Program-made: the position numbers and the translations under genes
NCBI RefSeq assembly: GCF_006345805.1
Contig: NC_043008.1
Coordinates: 26,040,001 to 26,104,000, forward strand
DNA length: 64,000 nucleotides
Reading direction: 5' to 3'
Source: Octopus sinensis
Lineage: Eukaryota
Notes under the pieces: model-generated
The model's database searches: none
Told to the model about the DNA's origin: nothing
Seen by the model: only the letters and a program-made list of their open reading frames with translations
Shown here: piece by piece, positions 1 through 13,370 of the stretch
Numbering within the stretch: position 1 is the first letter of the stretch
Layout: every line of letters starts with the position of its first letter

Positions 1-480
1 TAATACACTCCCTATTTCTAGGTCATTTTAAATACAAATCTTTGACTCTGCAACACTGTATATAAATTTCCTACTGGGAATGACCAAGTTTAAATATCTG
101 CTGGATCTCAATCATATGGGAATCTTACATTGCTTATAAACTCTATATTTGGAAGGACTCCTATTAAACTCTGTTGGACTTTTGGATTTTACTCAAAGGA
201 TATCGGAATATTGCATATATACCATTATGCCTATAAAACGGATTTACAACTTCAATACCCATACATATCTTGCATCTATTTTCTTTCCTCCACCTCACTC
301 TCTATTTTTTATCACATCTAAACTAACTATGACTTAACTTTCCTCTCACACCGTGTCCGATGAAGGGATATTATTAATTAATATCCTAGAAACAGCTGTA
401 AGACCTTCTATCTATAAATGCTCTAATATCTATACAGCCTTGTTTTTTTATCTTAATACGCAAAAAATTCTTATATACAC
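1..480 (+). mobile_element. Probable Penelope-like pseudo-LTR remnant (3' end), cut by window start
   Basis: Carries a hammerhead-like motif at 353-404 of the kind found in Penelope pseudo-LTRs; followed by (TA)n tracts. No coding evidence. Confidence 0.35.
353..404 (+). ncRNA. Degenerate minimal type I hammerhead ribozyme motif
   Basis: CCGATGA (357-363), hairpin GGATATT..AATATCC, GAAA (389-392), palindromic ACAGCTGT (392-399), H17=A. Stem I GTGT/AGAC has one mismatch. Confidence 0.4.
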
Positions 481-2049
481 ACGCTGAACCCTTTATTCGC
501 AATATTACCGAATCTGGAACTTAACTATGGTCTGTCTATAGCACTTATTCATCATTACCTGACACCTTTGGGTCTCAATGACAGCAGTATCTCTTATATA
601 TTTATATATATACATACATACACATGTGTGCGTTTGTATATATACATATATATATATTGGAAGGTACATATATATATATATATATATATTTACCTTCGAA
701 ATACGGAGTAGATGAAACAGGGACAACTGAAGAAGGGGGATATTCCTTGTGTTGTATGTCTTGTACTGTTTTTTTCGTTGTTTGAAAGAAGTTCGTTTTT
801 ATGTTTTTGTTTTTATATTTTCGTTTCTCATTGGGTTCAACGTTTCTTTTGATGTCCTGTACCTATATACGCATGTATATATACATATATATATAGGTAT
901 GTACATATATGTATGTATATATGCATATATTTATATTATTATATGATCGAACGCCACGCATCCTTTCCCAAGTAAGTTTTATATATAAATACATAGGTAT
1001 ACATATATATATACCTATGTATTTCTATAAAAGACTGAAATCCACTTTTTAATGCATGTCCATATTCAGTTTATAATAAATTAATAAGCATTTTTCGGCT
1101 TACCACATTAAGGTCCCAAATTTCAAAACAGATTGATTAAAATTCTAAATCATGCTTTCTCATATGGTGTGATGCAGTATGCAGGCACATTGCAAAGGGT
1201 CTCTAAGTATGCTGAGAATTTTTGAAAGTAGGTTTTAGAAAATCGATACTAATGCAATAAAAATGTATTGTTATAAACAAATATAATTAATAAAACAAGG
1301 TAGCGAACATTTAAACAAATTGTTTCCAATTTTGAACATATTTCTTTTCATAACTTATTTTCTGACATTTATCAGTGAGTTTTTCTTTTCTTTTCTAGTC
1401 CTCAAATAAATTTCTTTTTATTTAATCTCTAGTGTAATAAAAAAGTCAAGCCAATTGAGAAACACTTGTTGAAATGATCAACAAGATTATAATTGATGAG
1501 ACTATTCAGTTCATTAACTTAATGAAACATTTTTCTGTTTCTATTTTTTAATATTTACATCTCAATTTTATGTGCTATTGGCTAAGAAGATAAGAATATT
1601 AATTAGTCTTTGTATAGAAATTAAGATCTTTTTACTTCAAGTCAAGCCTGAGTTATCTACCTCCAGAATTAACAAGAAGATAACAAAAAAGTAGTGTAGA
1701 TTTAAATACTGAAATATGCACCTTCATTGAAGAAGAGGTTAAAAATCTGATCAATTATAGCCTTATTCCATATATATACAGGATGGCCCAAAAGTAGGTT
1801 TACAGTTATCCAATTATCTCTTTTGCCTTTATATATTAACAGTTTAGATCTTTATAAAAAAAATACGAAGCCATTATTCTATGCAAATTTAGTTAATTGT
1901 AAGATAGAAATTTAAATGTAATAAAATGTATTAAAATAAATGTGAAGTGCCAAAATGCGCTCTATATGAGCAAATAATAACAAAGCAAAGTGGAGGACAA
2001 ACTTTCATAGGCTAAATTCCTTTATCAAAAGTCATATATGGTATCAAAC

Positions 2050-4240
2050 CAATCTTGAAATATAAATTGAGAGAATACGAAATACAATGATGCGGATTCG
2101 CCAGAACTTTTAGATGTCAAGCATTCCAGTATTATAAGTCAACAATGAAGTTAGTTGAGCTGTAGTATATAATAACGTATATATACTTAAGATCGTTGAA
2201 GGAAATTGTGTTTGTACTGGGCGAATCTTCCAACCAATACAAATAGCCACATTTCCCTCATCAGAGATACATTAAGTGATTTTTTTTAATGGTTTTAAAA
2301 TATTATCTACTCACAGAGCATCGGGGCGTTTCAAAATAATGTTATAGGTCTTTTGAAAAGTTTCTAAAGATATTGTAAAAGTCTTAGTAAAATGAAAAAA
2401 ATATTTGTAAAAATAGAATATTTGTGCAAATAAAGATGAAAATATTTGTAAAAGTAGAGTGTACAGTTCTATAAAATCGTGAATGTTAAATCGGATGAAC
2501 ATTTTCATATAAGAGTAATGAGGACAATAATTTGAGTTGAACCCAAGTTAACAGTTTAAACAAACTGCTGAACCGTCAAATCAATCACAGAGTGAACACA
2601 TGTACATGGAATGCTGGTGGGAATAATAAATTAATGTAAATATTTTATAATTTATAATTTATAACGATTTCAAAGTTCAAAACCTTTTACATAGAAGGCT
2701 TATGGGTTCAAGTTGGACGCTAAGATTGTAAATCACTAAAATGTCAAATACAAAGAATTTTACGCTTAGAGTTTACAATAGATTAATAAAATTGTTTAGA
2801 TTTCAAATACTAAGTTGATCAGATTGAACTAAGGTAGAAAACGAAGATTTTTTATGTAAAGATTTATTTTAGGCCATTCCATTGTCATAAGTTCAAATTC
2901 TAGGCTTCCTACATTTAAAAAAAAATTAAACGTAGCTGAATACTTATGCCTACATACAATTATAACATCTAAGATTTTATTAATTAAAAATTTCTTATCT
3001 GTACGAATTATACTGATTGTTTCATTAGTACATAATTTACACTTTCTAGTCTGCGTCCTGTATAGGGTGGTTTCCAATATAATTAACCAATTTAAGCTAA
3101 ATTCCTTATTCTATATTTTCAGTTTATTAACAAACGTAGCCAGTGCAGCTGCATTTTTCGTTCCTGGATTTGAGAATGAGCTGATGTGCCTTCTATATCT
3201 CGTTTTAAAGTCTGTATTTTTCCCTATGTATACTTCCTTATGTTGATTGGTGGACACAACCTCAGTCTTGTATACCACCTTTTTCTTTAAGCAGGAGCCC
3301 CTTAAATGAACATGAATCACGATTCTGACAATTTCAGGCTTTATTCCGTTTATTTGCCCTTGTGTGTTCATTATCTATATTATTATCATTACTTCTTATT
3401 CTGGAGCTACCCCTATTCCCTTTATTCTTAAGTTTAAATCTATTACTCCCTGCGATTATTGATCCTAAATACGGTCTAGTAGAATATGAGAGTTTGAGAT
3501 AGGATCTATTAAAAATAGAGTGATATTGTGGCCTAAAGAGAAATTCTTGTCAATGATACTAAAAACATCTTAGGAAGATGTTTAACCCGAAGGAAGATAG
3601 GGGAAGGTTAAACAATATAGCTTCCCGTTTTCTCGTCATTTTTCTTCCAGTTTGCCTATGCTTTTTATTGTTATTATATGTGTTAGGATAACTAGGATGT
3701 CTCCTAAAATGATAGGGATCCTGTTGTTCGGGAGGGATTTTTTCAAGCGACATATCAATACCTAATTCAGCTATGTTTGGAAAAAGCTCTCCTTATCTGT
3801 ATTTGAATAGGGCACCTTTAATATAATATATATCTCCTTTAAAACCACTATTCATCGAAACTGTGTAGAATATAGACGCCACGTTACTAAAAACAATTTG
3901 GTACCCATAGATATTCTATTCAACTTAAAAACCTAGAGAATTTCGAAAAAAAACATTTCGTTTAGTGAAGAATATAAAATTCACAAAAACTTCAAATCAT
4001 ATTCAGAATTAGCTACCCAACATAATACTCTGATAATATCTATATTCTCTCTGACAAAACCAGAAATTTATATTCCTTACCCATCGATACATACAATAAC
4101 TTTATCCTTAGATAGCTACAGTCAAAATACAAAACGACTGACCATGAACTGGTATTGTCATCTTTCTTGTGTCTATGAACTTACTTCTCACTTCGATGGC
4201 TCATGGACATTTTCACTGTTTTCTTCTTATTGCCATCCGT
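2050..4240 (-). mobile_element. Degenerate Penelope-like element (RT C-terminal part plus GIY-YIG)
   Basis: ORF fragments KKVVYK..EVYIG..FKTRYRRHISSF (3111-3371, GIY-YIG), KREAILFNLPLS (PLE IIWFNPP-type motif), CKLCTNE. CTGATGA hammerhead-like core near 2255-2263 on the minus strand. Confidence 0.8.
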
Positions 4241-4519
4241 AAATGTACTTGACGCGCGCATACACCTATGCCCACACACACCTATACATTTTGTTCTCAT
4301 TACATCCTCTCAATCATTTCTGTGTACATCATGACGCACACACAGCATTTTATCATATCAATAAATGCAATCTTAATCCTTCTTATGTGGTTGTTTCTCT
4401 TTCCATCTGGCTCTATTTAATTACTCTTTATTGTAACAGCTGTGTGATGTGTTACAAAAGATCCTTACACATCTTAACATACATGTATGGATTTCTACTT
4501 GTAAATGAGAGAAAGGGGT

Positions 4520-6310
4520 GATTATAGATGGGTACACTCGAGTGGAATTTGGGTATTACCTCATTCAGATTTACGGTTGAAGGTGGGTTTGTATTCCTGT
4601 ATATAGACAGTTTCAGTGACTTGTCTCAGCATTGCTTCAGAGGCATGTGTAGATAGAATGCCTAATCTAAGTCTTCATCAGGTGCCATTACGACATACTA
4701 CAGCATACTGATAGAAGATGGAGTTTGGTTTTTTTCTCAATGTAGTTGTCCAGATATTATTTGAACCTATCATTGATGCTCCTAGATGTCTCACCAATAT
4801 AGAACTCTGGGAGAACTTTCCAAGCCCCTTCCTGGCACTTAATCTCGTATACAGTGTTCTTCGTTTTGCAGTTCACATGTGGGTTTGTCGAACATATTAC
4901 ACAATTATTTCGACACGTGATTCTATCAAATGGGTATGACATACTTAATATAGATTTGATAATCTTACCTGTCTTTTCCACAATTTTGATCTTAAGGCCA
5001 GCTGCGCATAGAATTTTCTTAATTGTCCAACTTAACTCATTCATAGGTGTAGCGTCAACAAACAGTACACTGTGAAACTTCTTGTTATCATACCAAGTAT
5101 TATTTCTATTTCTTTTGTTGGTGTCTCTCTAAAACCTATTCCAGAACTTGTTGCAATGTAGTGGGCATATACTGTTTCCGTCATCTTTTAGAATGCGTTC
5201 AAATCTTGTTTTTGCTCCTTTGTACACTCTAATTCTATCGTACTGAGTGTGACCGGAACATTGCATTCGGAATATGTAGAGTTGGATGAGTTGTCATTTT
5301 TGTGATTGGCATAGTGGGAATATGTTCCTCATTACTCTAAGTCTGCCACTAGGATGTTGATTTTGGTAGAACCGAACGTTGCTGAGTCACGGCGGGTTAC
5401 CAATGGATTAGCCATAGGTTTATAAGAGCATTAGTGGAGAAAACAGGGTTTAACAGTTCTGATGATTATAATCCACAAACAGTATCTAGGATAGGTAATC
5501 TATTTGGGGGGTGTTTAGAGGTGTAGTCTACAGTAACCTTTATACTACTATGGATAGTGTTAGATATGTGTTGTATAGTTGCCATCATCGGTTCTTCATC
5601 TAGTAAAATGTTCATATGCATATTTCTTTTCTCGACAAGGTTAATATCGTCAATGTATTGAGAGTACATAGCTAAGTGGATGTTACGGGTCACTAGGCAC
5701 TGCTTAACATATCTGTTCTATCAAACCATCAAGAGGTTGACAACATTACTGGTGATCCTAAGCCAATAGCACCACCTTTCATCTGTTTGTATAGTTTACT
5801 ATTAAACTTTAAAATATGGTTTTTAAGAGTGGTTCTAAAGCTGGCACTGATAGTGTGTGCAACAGTAGTTCTGATGTCATGTACATCTGAAGGTGAGTGG
5901 TCTGGTTTTGTCCAGTCATGCCAGCATTCACTGTGGGTCTTTTTGCATGCTGAGGTAATGGTTGGTGGTCTACCTCGTTTGTTACGGTGGGACAAGCATA
6001 TACCAGATTATTGTAAGATATTCATCGGTACAAGTTATGGTCAGAAAGAGACCCAGTTCATTTATGTCCACATTTTTAAATATCATATTACTTTCACAAA
6101 TTAACTCTATGCATTTTTCAATAGCAAAGTCTACATCAATGGAAGAATATAGTGATACCACATCCATGATATCTACGATGTGCTCGCTGAGGTCACATGT
6201 GTTGCTGCATTCGCGGATCCTGCTAAGGAGGTCTTCAGTACTATCACATACATCTGTTGTGGTTTCAAAACAACGAAAATATTTTGACACAAATTAAATT
6301 TAAATGTTGA
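4520..6310 (-). mobile_element. Degenerate Penelope-like element (second lineage), RT plus GIY-YIG
   Basis: Ordered fragments MDVVSLYSSI (5982-6290), LYKQMKGGAIG (5729-5995), QYIDD (5466-5693), CVICSTNPHVNCKTKNTVYEIKC..FYIGETSRSINDRFK (4757-5044). Confidence 0.85.
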
Positions 6311-6439
6311 AGTGAAACTAAGGGGCTTTATGTGTTTTTAAATGGCTTACAAACATCTTCCACGCTGCAATTGTTTTGTTTCTGCACATGATCTCAGATC
6401 AAGTCACTTGTTATGCAAGTACATCGCACACACACGCCA

Positions 6440-6495
<56 letters not shown>

Positions 6496-6814
6496 ACGTC
6501 TTACATGCATGTATATGCAGTCAACTAAGAAACCATAAATAAAAAAATAAAAAAATTACCACTCTTGTACTTGTCAATAGAGGGGATACATTAATCAGTA
6601 TTAACAATCCATTACAATTGATCTTACCTTTAAGCTTCACATCGGACGTGAAATAATAGGAGTGTTGTCAAATAAATGCATTATTCAGAGGAGACAGGTA
6701 TTGAAAAAATATGGACATCTTTTTCCATACATGCCATCCCTGGGAAACTGATTGGCAGGTAATGTAATGGATCTGTAATATTGCATACTTAGATTAATGT
6801 ATGTATATATTAAT

Positions 6815-7195
6815 ACGAGCAAAACGCCCCCTGTCCAATGGACGGTGCTGAGTTGTCAAACATTTAAACCGAATTTTCTCAAAACAACTTGTCCGACCGT
6901 CCCATAGGCCTCCTCTTTGAGAAACACTGATTGAATCTAAATTTGAGACACCAGCAAAATAAATAAAGATAGACTTTTTTCTATTCCAAGAAAAACGATT
7001 TTACAAATGCACGTTCCCACGGCTTTATCGATCGCATTCTCACCTGGAATCGATTTTTGTAATTTTTTTCAAGACTTATACACGCCCTGATACCGTCGGT
7101 ATCTACATATCAAATTTGAGCGTAATCACGTGGAGGATGCCCGAGGTCCTAGAAGACACACACAGACAGTCAGAACGGATTTTATATAATAAATT
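6815..7195. repeat. Unclassified GC-richer interspersed repeat, possibly a non-autonomous Helitron-like element
   Basis: CpG-containing block ending ACACACAGACAGTCAGAACGGATTTTATAT, resembling ends of such elements. Family not recognised. Confidence 0.3.
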
Positions 7196-7290
7196 ATTCT
7201 TTTACTTGTTTTAGTCACTTGATTGTGGCCAAGCTGGAGCACTGCCTTATTAATTGAAGAAATCGACCACTGGACTTATTCTTTGTAAGC
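7195..7290 (-). mobile_element. SINE 3' fragment
   Basis: Reverse complement of the tail seen in the 17085-17545 and 32030-32455 SINE copies. Confidence 0.6.
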
Positions 7291-7599
7291 CTGGTTCTTA
7301 TTCTATGCATATATGTTTATACGAGTGTGTTTGTGTATGTGTGATCATATGCTAAATACACACACAGAGTCACATACACGTGCATATATGCTTAATGATC
7401 GCCTACTTGAAGAGCTCTGTTTTCTTCTGGTTATAAAAGTAAGCATTTTAAAAAATCTTTTGTAGAAAATATTCATAATGATTGCTTTAAAAACCTAATT
7501 ACTGCCATCTGCATCAATAATATGTCAGTGAGTTGAGTGTTTGTCTATTTAGTCATTTAGTTACTTTGTAAATTATTCCACAACACTTTGTTTTAAAAC

Positions 7600-10030
7600 T
7601 TACATCAATTCACCATTCCAACACAAAGAGCTAGAACTGTAGAAAATGCTACTGCTAATTTAAAGAATAGCTTTGAAAACAAGAATTTTGAGGGAAAAAA
7701 TACCTTCTGATGAATTGAAAAAAAATAGAAAACAACTGTTAAATGCTTGCCTTCAAATTTTATTTGGAGTTAGTCATCTGAACCTACGATTTTAATGGAT
7801 AAAGAAAAAATATTTAAATAAAATTATATGTCTGTAGTTTTTGCAAGCTACAAATCTTTGTAATGCAAGAGGGATCATACTTATTCCCCAAATTTATCCT
7901 CATGGATAACTGATCTAAGCAACGTATAAACGTGCCTATTATGCAAGTTGTTATTTGTGTGAAAGCTTCATTTATTTTTATGACATTTAAAAAAAAAAAG
8001 AAAAGAAGACAGTTGGAAAGAAACATTTAATACAAGTAGGGGCAAGTTTTATGAATATTAAAAAAAGCAGCTACATAGCAGAATATAAATTTTCAAGGAG
8101 TGCTGACATCCAAGAAAATTTATTCCTGAAACCATTGGAAGAGATACTATAATAATATGGCTACATGCACTCACAGACAATGAATGTAGATTATATCTGC
8201 TTATTTTGGAAGTATGTTACCAGCAAGAAATCTTATTGGGAAAGGTAAGTCGTCAAAATTCGATCTTTAAGTAGCTAAGTTGATTTAACTTTAGTGTTTG
8301 AAGTTAATGTTACTAAATACTAAACTAAGACCCACTCAAGAGTAGAGTGTCAACAATTTATAGGTACTTAAAGGTGTCATAAAAGTTTCACTTCCCATCC
8401 TATTGAAAGCACATATACACATAAAGTACTTAGGTTACACTTTTTGAAGATTGATTGATGCATCTTTTTGTACCTGAATTAAAAAAGGAAAACTATGAAG
8501 GTGAAAACATTTTATTTCATGTACTACTGATCATAGATAATAAATTTTGTACTTTACCAATCTCTGTTACATTACCATCAAAATGACAGATTAGTGTTTA
8601 TGTCACCAAATACTTATTGTAAAGAATGGACCAAGGCATTATTGCAACATTTAAACATATCAGTTTTGGCATGCATTTCTTCAGTTAATAAGGAATAAAG
8701 CTGAATACTAAAAGAATTATAAAATCATTCACAGCTTTAGGTGCACTAAAAGTTATAAAAGTGCCTTAGTAAAAATTGCTGTGAAAAATATAAAAGATAT
8801 TTGGAATAAATTCTATTCTTTTATTTAAAATGATGAAGGATTTCAAATATCAAGGGAGACTATTTGAAATAAAATGGAAGTGATCATTAATATTGCTAAA
8901 CAGTTGCACTATTTGTCTGAACATAAAGACATAACTCATGTTTCAATTACACAATCAAGAACTCACAAAGACCTTGTTTGGAATTTCATTTTCATTTTCT
9001 CACTTTTATAGGGGTTGATGAAACAACAGTCATTTATAAAATTATTTCAATTTGAAGTAGCTACTCATTTAACACTCTCTCAACCACTGGACATCTGGAA
9101 ACAATGCAGGTAATCCTACTTATTAATTGTTTCTTAGCAATATCATTTTAGCCATTTAAGCACATGCAAAAGTTGTTATGTTAACATTCATTTTTTTCTT
9201 TTTCTGTGTATTGTGTAGTGTCAAAAAGGAATTACCACACTTCTGTGACTTGATCACTGACACAATTTCCTGGAATCTTATTCAGTGAGGATAGAGAAAT
9301 TGTGTGATTGTTCCAGGTAAACAGCTAAACATTAATCAGATCACTCCTGTGATGGAATGGGTCGCCAGTGCTTCAAGTGTTACACTTAAAGTGACATTCA
9401 GAAAAAAAATCTCTGATTTAAATATTTAAATAGTTTATTGATGGTTTTGGAGTATGAAATCTTTCTCAATTATGCATAATATCAACTTTTTGTACAATTT
9501 CTGTAATGCTTCTCTTTCAAGAATCTTCTATCCATTGTTGGAATCAGTTACATGTAAATTTTGACTCTGTTAATTTATTTGGTTTATACCATATTAAGTT
9601 TTTCCAATGGTTAATGTGGAAATGCTTATTAATTATGGCTAGGATATTTTTAACAATATAACTTAAAGATTAAGAGAAAAGGGGATAATGTTGCAGCATT
9701 TGTTATTGTTCCTACTTTGAATCCATTATCTGATAGCGTTTTAATGTTATAGGGTTGCCTTATTGAAGATTTCTGTATTCAATGACAAGTTAAAGAATAT
9801 TTTTTCATTTCTTTATCACGTGTGTAAAGACTATGAGTGAAGAACAATAGTCTATATTAACATGTGTGTGCTTTTCATTAGGTTTGCTATATGGTTTGTG
9901 TTTACTGTGTAGCATTGAGAGCAACATCTGACACGTTTATGATACTTAACTTAATGGTGATAATCACTTTTAGGGTGATATATTTAGCATGTAAAATATA
10001 ATTTACACACTCTTTAAGAAGCCATTAATT
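7600..10030 (+). pseudogene. RTTN: Best-preserved central block of rotatin-like copy 1, with two candidate GT-AG introns (8245-8433, 9110-9218)
   Basis: Near-continuous homology to the middle of RTTN. AAG|GTAAGT donor at 8244/8245 with TAG acceptor at 8433; CAG|GTAATC at 9109/9110 with a pyrimidine tract and TAG at 9218. Removing both restores collinear motifs. Confidence 0.7.
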
Positions 10031-10264
10031 TCTTATCATGTGTGTGTGTGAGTGTGCGTGTGTGTGTCTGTATGCGTGTATGTGCATGTGTGTGCATGTG
10101 TGTGTGCATGTGTGTATTAGATTGTCAGATAAATTCATTTGTTATTTGAATTATCACAAAAAAATTCATTGTAGTGTTTTATATTTTTTTTGTAGCTCAA
10201 ATTCTTCCTCTCTAGCTTTCTTTTTTTTACTGTTTTTGAAGTTTGAATAAATTTTACTGCTATT

Positions 10265-10915
10265 CATACATAAGATGATGGAGTGCTAAGCAGAAAAAAA
10301 AAGAGCATTTTCAGCACTTGGTTCCATTCACTTTCAGTCAAGATTCCAAGCTACCAAAGCTGCTTGAGACTTTTGTGTTGTGTACAGAGAAGGCACTATT
10401 ACAGAAAGAACTGTACGGAAATGGATTTTCTGTTTCAAGGAGGGGAAATTCAGTCACACAGACACACTATGTTCTGGTCAGCCTATTCAGTTCAATGGAG
10501 ATCGACTGAAATAGCTCATCCAATCCAAGCTAAAGAGATGGTCATATGATACTGTTACCTGTCACTTTCATTTGATGTGTTAGTTCCAAATGACCTGACC
10601 AGCAACAGAATGTAGTTCTTCAACATGACAACACTCACCCCTACATAGCTAATTTCACGAAAAATGCTTTTCAAGATCTTGGTTAAGAAGGTCTGCACCC
10701 ATTGTATTCTCCTTCAGATTATAATCGTTTACAATCACTCTCCAAAAGTGTGTGAGGTGTTTTGTTCAATAATAGCATAGATCCTGAAAATATGGCTTGA
10801 TCAATTCCTTGAGTCAAGACCCAATTATTTCTACTACCAATGCATGGATAAGTATGTGGAACATTGACAAGAAGTTGTGAACAATGAAGGGAAAACATTA
10901 TTGACCCATTTGTTA
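10265..10915 (+). mobile_element. Mariner transposase remnant
   Basis: Frameshifted EHFRHLLLF/KAARDIC-type N-terminus; QHDNTHP and YSPSDY-like catalytic-region motifs near 10620-10730. Confidence 0.8.
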
Positions 10916-11289
10916 AAATTGTTGCTGAAAAATAGAAATTAAAATTAATGGGTTAAAAAAATGAATGAATTTATCTGACACACATATGCATTAACAAGTG
11001 ATAAGAGGGAAGGAATTTTGTAACAGCTGTTTCTATTATAAGAAGTAGTGCACTCAGAGAGAGAGAGAGAGAGAGATAAGTGCTTGTGCAACATCTTATA
11101 GCCACCTTGGAGCCATACAAATGTACATATGTACATATGTACATGCATACACACAAACACATCAAATGCAAGGCTAAAAATGAGTTCATGACTGTATAAT
11201 AGGTTCTCCAAATTGTATGGGAACTGCCACTGAGAAACACTCACAAGAAAACGCATCACTCTTTAACAATCTATGAGTGGTAAAGTGAA

Positions 11290-13370
11290 AACCTTTGCTA
11301 TAGTAAGAAATTACACGAATGGCAAATAACAAACTGAAAGTTTGCCCAAAACCTACAAGGTGCATATCACAGTATGAAAGGTGATATCATTCAGGTAGTA
11401 AATGCTCCTCCCTATGAAGACTTTAAGTCATTCTGGTGGAGAATCTGGAATGTAATCAAATGACACAGCCATGATGCAGCATGGTTAAACAACCTATGAA
11501 GTGAGCACTGCATAAACGCCTCTTCCAAAACATATAACATCACCAGTGAAACACTCTTGATGGTTATTATGAAACTGCTGAATGGAAAATCACCTGGGAG
11601 GGATCTGATAGTGGGCTACTGGTACAAAAAGCTCATGTTCTACGAAGAAATTCTTACAAACCTGTTTAAAAAAACAGTGCACACTGAGCTTTATATACCA
11701 GATTGACTAACTGTTGCATGGAATACTCTTATCCCCAAGAACAAAGTGACTCATGTGGACAAAAGCTATAAGCCCATAGCATACCTAAATGTTATGTATA
11801 AACTGTCCAAAGGCTATCAAATGGTATGGCTACTGATAAACAGGCAAGGAGAAAAGAAAGGAGTTTGGAGTTGTGCTGAACAGCTCCTCCAAGCAACCTC
11901 ACCATAATCTCTTAACGATATGACTGGACTACAAGAAGGTGTTTGACTGTGCTTCACTCATGGGGGATAGAACACTACACCTTGCCAAAGTATTGGCTGC
12001 TATAGTGAATGCCATTGAAAGTCTGACTGCAACAACGTCCACACAGTTATCACTGACAACTACTAAAGCAACACTTATTGTTACAAAAAGATTAAGCTAT
12101 CACCAGGCATATTCAAGGGTGATAGTTTATTGTAATGTTGTTTGCGTTAACAGTGACTCCCCTGTCAGCCCTGTTAACAAAATGCCAAGGTTACATGCTG
12201 GGATATGCAGAAACGAATAAAGCTAATGTTACCCATGTAAGTTTTGTTGATGACCTAAAGTTATATGCTGGTAATATCGCTAAGATCAAGAGACAATTAG
12301 AACTAGTCACAACATTCTCACAAGATTTAGAAATGGCGTTTGGGCAAGATAAATGCTCATACAAGATAGTCAACTAAGGAAAAATTGTTAACCAGGCAGA
12401 GAACATGTACATCAATGGCGTGTCTATCTCCCCTGTCTCTGATGATGAAAGCTACAAATAACTTAGAATCAATGAGAATGTTGCATACAATTGTGCTGTG
12501 ACTAAAGTTAGAATAGCAAAAGAGTACTTCTGTAGACTCCAGAAAATATGGAACTCAGAGCTGTCTGCTTTTAACATGTAACAAGACCATATCTCACAAT
12601 GTTAGAGATAATTAGGTCAGTCCAAACAGCCTTTAAATATCACATTGTGTCACTCAGACAATACCTGCTGAAAAAAATGAATACATTCCATGCACACTCA
12701 AAAGTGAGAGCAACAACATCTTCAGAGCTGGAGAACTATTGTGCTGGTACTCTGAGAATACAACTATTTCATGTGACCCAAAGGAGGTTAGACTGGCCTA
12801 CCTCACTAGAATTTCAGAGGAGAAGCAGGCATCATACCAACAAAACACAATACTTGGGTATATACCCTGTAAGCTAGCAGGTAACAACTGCATAGACAGG
12901 AAGAGTAGCCTCTCCTGGACCTGTGATAGATACATTACGTCCCACCTAGAAGGATATACCTTTGCTATCCAAGAACAGGAGATAGCTACTAAATACCTGA
13001 TAAATAAGAGGAACAAAGATACCATCAAACCTTCACTGCTATACCAGTGTGGAAGATACCACTCACATCATCATCATCTGCTCCAAAATGTCTACAAGAT
13101 ACCACCATCCCCTGAGGCTTGACATTATTGTAAAGACTATTTACAATGCTATTCACAAGAAGGACTGCCCTGAGGCATGTCAGAACCAGCATGTATGCAC
13201 ACCTTTAAAAACAGAGAATGCTGGTGCAACACCCCAATAAAATCATCAATTCAGGGTAAACGTAGCAAAACTGATATTGTTCTGTCAGACAAGAACAAAA
13301 GCCATGCACTGTTGTATGATTCCCAACTTTATTATTTTAAGGTGCTGGTGAATAGAGATTTAGAAATTGT
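11290..13370 (+). mobile_element. Degenerate non-LTR retrotransposon with RLE endonuclease (R4/Dong-like)
   Basis: THVSFVDDLKLYA and FGQDKC (RT, 12135-12377); later THIIIICSKM..HHPLRLDIIVKTI (zinc knuckle-like) and KTDIVLSDK (PDI-type RLE motif). Confidence 0.75.

Noticed and set aside
4600-4690. Hammerhead at the 3' end of the 4520-6310 Penelope fragment (minus strand CTGATGA..GAAACTGTC)
   Set aside because: Stem I does not pair and stem III is too short and not palindromic; too decayed to call.
7600-10030. A functional multi-exon host gene built from small stop-free exons
   Set aside because: Several AG/GT pairs can be chosen to avoid stops, but RTTN homology continues through the supposed introns (e.g. 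FSLL*GLMK at ~8997-9023), so most of those splice sites are coincidental.
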